A DNA stretch of 64,000 bases, taken from an uncultured Magnetococcales bacterium (lineage in GTDB: Bacteria; Pseudomonadota; Alphaproteobacteria; UBA2136; JAPKEQ01). Shown one piece after another: positions 58,664 through 64,000 of the stretch. Where the stretch lies: NCBI GenBank assembly GCA_964015495.1, contig CAXHDG010000012.1, positions 943 through 64,942 of the forward strand, given 5' to 3'. A program made the position numbers and the translations under genes. Every line of letters starts with the position of its first letter. Position 1 is the first letter of the stretch. The notes beneath the pieces are model-generated. The model made no database searches. It was not told the DNA's origin and worked only from the letters and a program-made list of their open reading frames with translations.

Positions 58664-60517
58664 TTAATAGCCCCTACGTCCAAAAAGCTTTTCAATATCC
58701 TTAAGCTGTAACTTGATAGAAGTTGGGCGACCATGGTTGCACTGCGCGCTTCCTGGTGTGTTTTCCATATCCCTGAGTAGCTGATTCATTTCACTATGAG
58801 CAAGTACACGGCCAGCACGAATACTACCGTGGCATGCCATGGTAGAAAGCAAGTGTTCCATATCTTCCTGCAGAGACGTTGTTGATTTTAGGTTTCGAAC
58901 ATCTTCAACAAGATTTTCAATTAAATCTTTTACGTTTACGCTACCCAAAATTGCAGGTGTCGCTCGCACAGAAACAGCATTTACGCCAAAAGCCTCTACT
59001 TCAAGACCAAGTTTTTCCAGCCCTTTTTCATGGGCAAGAAGCGCTTCAACATCAGCCTCGCTGAGCGTTACAATATCAGGCACAAGAAGGGCTTGTCTCT
59101 CAACACCCTGCTCGGCCATTTGTGTTTTAAATTTCTCGTACACAAGTCGCTCATGGGCGGCATGCTGATCTACCACCACAAGCCCGTCATCCGCCTGCGC
59201 CACAATATAGGTTTTATGAACCTGCGCCACGGCCGCGCCAAGCGGATAGCTTGAAAAATCCTCTGTACTGGCTTGCTGAAGGGGTTCAGCAACGCTCATT
59301 TGCGGCGTGGCATTTAAATTATGAATAAAGGCAGCTTGGCGCGCAGGCTGTGCAGAGTGATCTCTCGGCACATAAGGCGCACTGTAAGGAGAAGATGCCC
59401 CCTCTCTTACAAAAGACGGGTTTTGCACTGGAGGCTGACCGTGCTGCTGCATTGGCATTGCATTTTGAAACTTAGCAAGTGCTTCCTCTGCCGGTGTTGT
59501 GCTTACAGTTGTACTGTAAGGTGCAAGCGCCCTACGGATGGCCGTATGAACAAAACCATAAACTGCACTACTATTAGAAAAACGTACCTCTGCTTTAGTA
59601 GGGTGCACGTTAACATCTAAGTCTCCCGGCGGCACATTCACAAAAAGGAGCGCAACGGCGTGACGGCCATGGTGAAGCATATCGTGATAAGCCCCTTTAA
59701 GCGCACCAACAAGCACACGGTCGCTGACAGGGCGGCCATTAATAAATAAAAACTGTTTCCGATTATTCCCAATGTGATAAGTAGGGAGAGATACAAAGCC
59801 TTTAATGCTCATACCATCTCGCTCAAAATCAACAGGGACTGTATTTTCAGAAAATTCACGGCCTAAAAACCCCGCCACCCGCGGTAACATATCTTCAAGT
59901 AGGGCGCCTTGTGCCTGGTTCAGACGAAAAGTTTCTCTTCCATCTTGCAAGAAAACAAATTCAATTTCAGGATGGGCAAGCGCCAACTTGGTCACAGTTT
60001 CTTTCACTTGTTCTTTTTCTGTGCGCGCTGTTTTTAGGAATTTTTTACGCGCAGGTGTATTAAAGAAAAGATTTTCAACAAGAACTGTTGTCCCCTGCTC
60101 TCTTGCCGTTGGCACCGCTTCAGCAATATCACCGCCATGGCAAACAACCTGCCATGCACTATCTTCACCTTCTATTCTGGAAGTGATAGTAAGTTTTGAA
60201 ACAGAGCCAATAGATGGTAGCGCTTCCCCTCTAAAACCAAGAGTATGAATATTAAAAAGATCATCTGTACTGGAAATTTTTGAAGTGGCGTGGCGGTGAA
60301 GCGCAAGTGAAAGATCGCTTTTTTCTATTCCGCTGCCATTATCTGAAATTTCAATGCGTTTTGTACCGTCCTCTTCCACAGAAACTTGAATCTGAGAAGC
60401 CCCTGCATCCACAGCATTCTCGACAAGCTCTTTAACAACAGCTGCTGGGCGCTCTACAACCTCACCGGCCGCAATTCGGTTTGCGAGATCATCTGGTAAA
60501 ATATGAATTTTTGACAT
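58664..60517 (-). CDS. mutL: DNA mismatch repair protein MutL
   Basis: IAAGEVVERP, GFRGEAL, DVNVHP, DQHAAHER endonuclease motif, ACH, CNHGRP. Confidence 0.98.
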   Translation of the reverse strand: MSKIHILPDDLANRIAAGEVVERPAAVVKELVENAVDAGASQIQVSVEEDGTKRIEISDNGSGIEKSDLSLALHRHATSKISSTDDLFNIHTLGFRGEALPSIGSVSKLTITSRIEGEDSAWQVVCHGGDIAEAVPTAREQGTTVLVENLFFNTPARKKFLKTARTEKEQVKETVTKLALAHPEIEFVFLQDGRETFRLNQAQGALLEDMLPRVAGFLGREFSENTVPVDFERDGMSIKGFVSLPTYHIGNNRKQFLFINGRPVSDRVLVGALKGAYHDMLHHGRHAVALLFVNVPPGDLDVNVHPTKAEVRFSNSSAVYGFVHTAIRRALAPYSTTVSTTPAEEALAKFQNAMPMQQHGQPPVQNPSFVREGASSPYSAPYVPRDHSAQPARQAAFIHNLNATPQMSVAEPLQQASTEDFSSYPLGAAVAQVHKTYIVAQADDGLVVVDQHAAHERLVYEKFKTQMAEQGVERQALLVPDIVTLSEADVEALLAHEKGLEKLGLEVEAFGVNAVSVRATPAILGSVNVKDLIENLVEDVRNLKSTTSLQEDMEHLLSTMACHGSIRAGRVLAHSEMNQLLRDMENTPGSAQCNHGRPTSIKLQLKDIEKLFGRRGY

Positions 60518-60561
60518 AAACGTCATATTATATGAGCATATCTAAAGCGCAAGAAAATTTG

Positions 60562-61095
60562 TTAATCTGGCCGAACCTCAAGTGAAACTGTTCCTGCATA
60601 AACACCGGGGATAGCGCCATCAATCCATGAGCGCTGCAATGTTGTACGAACATCATTCGTGTCCCCACCAATACCGCATAGTTCATTTTCAGCTGGATTT
60701 TCACCCACATCCCATAGTTTATCTAAAAACCCTTGGTCTGCCCGAATAGTCCTCCATGTAAGATCAGTGGTCCCTCTCACTTCAACCTGCATCTGAATTT
60801 CATTACCAGAACCATCTACAACAGCATAATACTGATTATCTGTCGTAAATTGATCGCTTGCCCCTGAATTTCTAGCCTGCGCAACCCCGTCTCCATCTGC
60901 CTGCGTATAAATACAAACTGTATCCGTGAAGTCTTCATCCCCTGCAAAATCATCTGTACCAAAGTTTACATCCGTTGCACCTGTTGCTCTTGCACAAACA
61001 TCTGTTGTAGGCGTTGCACACTGCGCGTGCGTAAATTGGGAAAAGAGGCAAAAAAGCATGCCTATAAGGAGTAAAATCGTATTCTGTTTTTTCAT
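60562..61095 (-). CDS. Secreted beta-rich protein, chaperone-usher pilin (Csu/SCPU)-like; paralogue A
   Basis: Signal peptide, four Cys in the mature part, DVNFG, C-terminal PGVYAGTVSLEVRPD. Confidence 0.55.
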   Translation of the reverse strand: MKKQNTILLLIGMLFCLFSQFTHAQCATPTTDVCARATGATDVNFGTDDFAGDEDFTDTVCIYTQADGDGVAQARNSGASDQFTTDNQYYAVVDGSGNEIQMQVEVRGTTDLTWRTIRADQGFLDKLWDVGENPAENELCGIGGDTNDVRTTLQRSWIDGAIPGVYAGTVSLEVRPD

Positions 61096-61127
61096 GCCTT
61101 TTTATTCTTTTTAGCGAGAAGCTAATA

Positions 61128-61655
61128 TCAATCCGGCCGGCCTTGTAGTTCTATAAATCCAGTATAAACCCCAGGTACAGCTCCGTTGATCCATCCTCTA
61201 TTTATTACTGTTCGAATATCGTTTGAGTCCCCGCCAATACCGCACAATTCGTTTTCTGCAGGGTGCTCACCAACATCTCGTATTTTATTTTGATAACCAG
61301 TGTCAGCACGAATATTTCGCCATGTAGTATCGACACTGCCTCTAAAGGCTACACGCGTTTGAATCTCGTTTCCAAACCCGTCGGTGACTGCAAACCTGCG
61401 AGGATCTGCTGTCAGTTGAGTACTCGACCCAGTATTACGCACACGCATACGACCATCTCCATCAGCTTGGGTGTAAGCACATATTGTGTCAATTAATTGC
61501 TCATTCCCGGAAAAATCATCCACCCCAAAATCGACATCAACAATGCCTGTAACACGTCCACATTTATCCGATAAAGGGTCTGCACACTGGGAAAAAGCGC
61601 CCTCACTAAAAGCTAAAAACAGCAAAAACAAAGGTATGACAAATCGTTTACTCAT
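61128..61655 (-). CDS. Secreted beta-rich protein, chaperone-usher pilin-like; paralogue B
   Basis: Aligns without gaps to paralogue A; DVDFG, PGVYTGFIELQGRPD. Confidence 0.55.
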   Translation of the reverse strand: MSKRFVIPLFLLFLAFSEGAFSQCADPLSDKCGRVTGIVDVDFGVDDFSGNEQLIDTICAYTQADGDGRMRVRNTGSSTQLTADPRRFAVTDGFGNEIQTRVAFRGSVDTTWRNIRADTGYQNKIRDVGEHPAENELCGIGGDSNDIRTVINRGWINGAVPGVYTGFIELQGRPD

Positions 61656-61687
61656 AGTTATTTATGAACCCCTACACGAGCTTTAAA

Positions 61688-62404
61688 TTAAAACGGTAAC
61701 CATTTATCAAGAAAGCGCTCTCCATATTGTGGAGTCTGGCTTTCATCGACAAGGCCATTACCAGCGTAAACAATACGTGCTTCAGCCACCTTTTCAGAGG
61801 CAATTGTATTATCTGGGTTAATATCATCCTTACGAATAACACCACTAATGCGCATGTTCTGCTTTTCATAGTTAATCATAATTTCGCGTGTTCCTTGAAT
61901 CACAAGGTAACCATTAGGAAGCACCTGAGTGACAACAGCAGCAACCCTTGCTGTAAGTTTATCTTCTCTATCTGTTGTACCTTCCCCGTCAAACTGACGG
62001 TTTGCATTTGTATCAAGAAGTGAACGTGTTCCTGGTGGTATCCCTCTACTTGTGAGAAGGCCCTCTAAGTTAAGAAGGTTAGTAATTCCGCTATTTTTAG
62101 CGCTTAAGCGATTTGTTGTTGTTGCAGCATCAACTTCGGCTTGAGCCTGCTCATCAATAACAACGGTTACAATATCGCCAACTTTACTGGCACGGCTATC
62201 TTTAAAGAATTTACTATTGTTTGAGCTCCACAAGCTCCCTGGTGCACGAGATGCAGGCAGAGGCGCAACGCCAGAAGTGCGTATAGGCTTATTACCAAGG
62301 CTATGCTCCATACCATCACCAACCGTTGATATATCAGGACGAGCACTTGGAGGATTACAAGCAGAGACAACTGCCCCAACCATAAGAATATATGCTTTTT
62401 TCAT
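61688..62404 (-). CDS. flgH: Flagellar L-ring protein
   Basis: Lipobox VSAC, GSLW, RASKVGDIVTV, VLPNGYLVIQG, AEARIVY. Confidence 0.96.
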   Translation of the reverse strand: MKKAYILMVGAVVSACNPPSARPDISTVGDGMEHSLGNKPIRTSGVAPLPASRAPGSLWSSNNSKFFKDSRASKVGDIVTVVIDEQAQAEVDAATTTNRLSAKNSGITNLLNLEGLLTSRGIPPGTRSLLDTNANRQFDGEGTTDREDKLTARVAAVVTQVLPNGYLVIQGTREIMINYEKQNMRISGVIRKDDINPDNTIASEKVAEARIVYAGNGLVDESQTPQYGERFLDKWLPF

Positions 62405-62416
62405 TATTAAACTCCC

Positions 62417-62857
62417 CTAGTTCACCGTTAGCACGCCACCATCTTGGATGGTTGCCATAATTGTATTGTTACTTGCACCTGTCACTTTAATAGATTCCCC
62501 AGCGTAACCATCTTCAAGTGCCTTGGCGTCTAACTTTAACACCATACTACCACTTTTAAAGATAACGGTCACTCTGTCTCCGCGGTGCACATTGGGCGGC
62601 ATACGCAATTGGTTTCCATAAATTGGCACATTGGGGCGCATAGGGCGAAGCGCCTCAAGGCCAACCAGTTCTTCCACGTTCATAATAACAGTGCTGGCAA
62701 GGCGGCCTTTTTGCATAGGTTTTGATGCAATCATCTGCTTTGTAATAATATCGCCTTTTTTAATTTTAGCGTTCAAAACAGGTATTTCCATAATAGGAGA
62801 ACTATGGGCAGTAAAGCTACCAAGCAATAGTGCTGTAAACATTATAACTTTTTTCAT
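62417..62857 (-). CDS. flgA: Flagellar P-ring chaperone (short, SAF-type)
   Basis: Signal peptide, IKKGDIIT, VHRGDRV, ALEDG..GESIKV; synteny. Confidence 0.85.
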   Translation of the reverse strand: MKKVIMFTALLLGSFTAHSSPIMEIPVLNAKIKKGDIITKQMIASKPMQKGRLASTVIMNVEELVGLEALRPMRPNVPIYGNQLRMPPNVHRGDRVTVIFKSGSMVLKLDAKALEDGYAGESIKVTGASNNTIMATIQDGGVLTVN

Positions 62858-62887
62858 GAACATTTCTCCTTTTCTACCTATTTACTC

Positions 62888-63670
62888 TTATCGAATCTGG
62901 TTAATTGCATTCAGCATTTCATCTACAGTGGTAATCACGCGTGAATTAAGCTCAAAAGATCGCTGCGCTGTAATGAGGTTTGTTACCTCTTCAATAGAAT
63001 CCACGTTAGAGCCTTCCACAAAGAACTGCTCAATGCTACCAGACCCGCTTTCAGTTGGGTTGGTTGCGTTAGCAACACCAGAGGCATCCGTTGCTTTAAA
63101 AAGGTTATCTCCAATATTACGAAGTCCAGCTTCGTTTTGGAACATGACAAGCTGAATTTGACCAAGTTCAATAATGTCATCGCCAACCTGTGCTGAGGCA
63201 ATACCATCCGCAGAGACTGTTAAGTTTACAGCATCTTCCGGAAGAACAATTGAAGGGTTTAATTCGTAACCATCAATATTGACCATGGTCCCTGTGTTAT
63301 CAACCTGAAACGAACCATCACGCGTGTAAGCGCTTGTACCATCTGGCAAAGTAATTTCAAAGAAACCACGTCCAGAAATCGCAAGATCAAACTGGCTCTC
63401 TGTTCTTTGAAGCGGTCCTTGCTCGTGAATATCATATGTTGAGCCAATGTTCACACCAAGACCTGTTTGTACACCTGCCGGAGAAAGGGTTCCAGCTGCA
63501 GATGTTGCTGCGCCAGCAGCAACCTGATCTTGATAAATCAGGTCTCTAAAAGCTGCCCTTTGGCGTTTAAAACCAGTGGTATTAATGTTAGCAATGTTGT
63601 TTGAGAGCACATCAACGTTCATCTGCTGAGCAGACATACCCGTTCCGGCGATTTTAAGTGCGCGCATCAT
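62888..63670 (-). CDS. flgG: Flagellar distal rod protein
   Basis: SNNIANINTTGFKR, DLAISGRGFF, YTRDGSF, EGSNV, AQRSFELNS. Confidence 0.97.
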   Translation of the reverse strand: MMRALKIAGTGMSAQQMNVDVLSNNIANINTTGFKRQRAAFRDLIYQDQVAAGAATSAAGTLSPAGVQTGLGVNIGSTYDIHEQGPLQRTESQFDLAISGRGFFEITLPDGTSAYTRDGSFQVDNTGTMVNIDGYELNPSIVLPEDAVNLTVSADGIASAQVGDDIIELGQIQLVMFQNEAGLRNIGDNLFKATDASGVANATNPTESGSGSIEQFFVEGSNVDSIEEVTNLITAQRSFELNSRVITTVDEMLNAINQIR

Positions 63671-63700
63671 GTGGTTGGTTCTCCTTCGTTAAATCTTTTT

Positions 63701-64000
63701 TTATGGCATCCGTGCAAGTTCACGAACTGCTCTTTGTTCAAGTTCTTCAATTCCCTGCACCGTTTTTAGGGCGCTTTGGTATGCACGAGAGAGCTGCGTC
63801 ATACGTATGGTCTCTTCAACAGGGCTTACATTGCTGGCCTCAAGGAAGCCTTGCAAAACCTGTGCCTCAATAGATGGAATAGGCTCTTCACCTTGTGTAA
63901 TGTAAGAACCACCAGCTCTTAAAAGGCTTTGCGGGTTATCAAACTCAAACAGGCCGATTGCGGCAATTGGACCATCATCTCCTGAAACTGTTCCATCTCC
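63701..64000 (-). CDS. flgF: Flagellar proximal rod protein, C-terminal part (runs off window end)
   Basis: Manual translation: ...VLQGFLEASNVSPVEETIRMTQLSRAYQ...ELARMP*; directly upstream of flgG. Confidence 0.9.
   Translation of the reverse strand, partial: GDGTVSGDDGPIAAIGLFEFDNPQSLLRAGGSYITQGEEPIPSIEAQVLQGFLEASNVSPVEETIRMTQLSRAYQSALKTVQGIEELEQRAVRELARMP

Overview
64 kb of an AT-rich, compact bacterial chromosome. Gene order points to Alphaproteobacteria (lgt-MidA-pgeF, amidase/rnpB/mraZ, ftsZ-lpxC, hom-glpX, fused IOR, flgF-G-A-H), but the proteins look divergent. Most of the window is housekeeping: str operon start, proC, rfaD, uvrC, glmS, dcw cluster, RNase P RNA, fumC, one tRNA(CAU), ung, greA, mutL and flagellar rod/L-ring genes. 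The standout is a ~8.6 kb type IV filament locus (4505-13090). It encodes a separately terminated major pilin, a divergent PilB/GspE ATPase, a platform protein, three alignment-like proteins, two minor pilins and a peptidase without the methylase domain. Two of its pilins carry a non-canonical 'GA(M/V)FG(L/M)DARVAL' signal, and no secretin or PilT lies in the locus. Other oddities: DnaA-box clusters upstream of the glmU-like gene and mraZ; GlmU split into two genes with a foreign-type acetyltransferase; a catalytically eroded homoserine dehydrogenase; a dcw cluster without murC and murD; two paralogous chaperone-usher-pilin-like proteins after flgH; structured leaders before rpsL and glmS. No CRISPR, transposase, integrase or prophage was seen. 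All calls come from manual motif reading; no database search was run.
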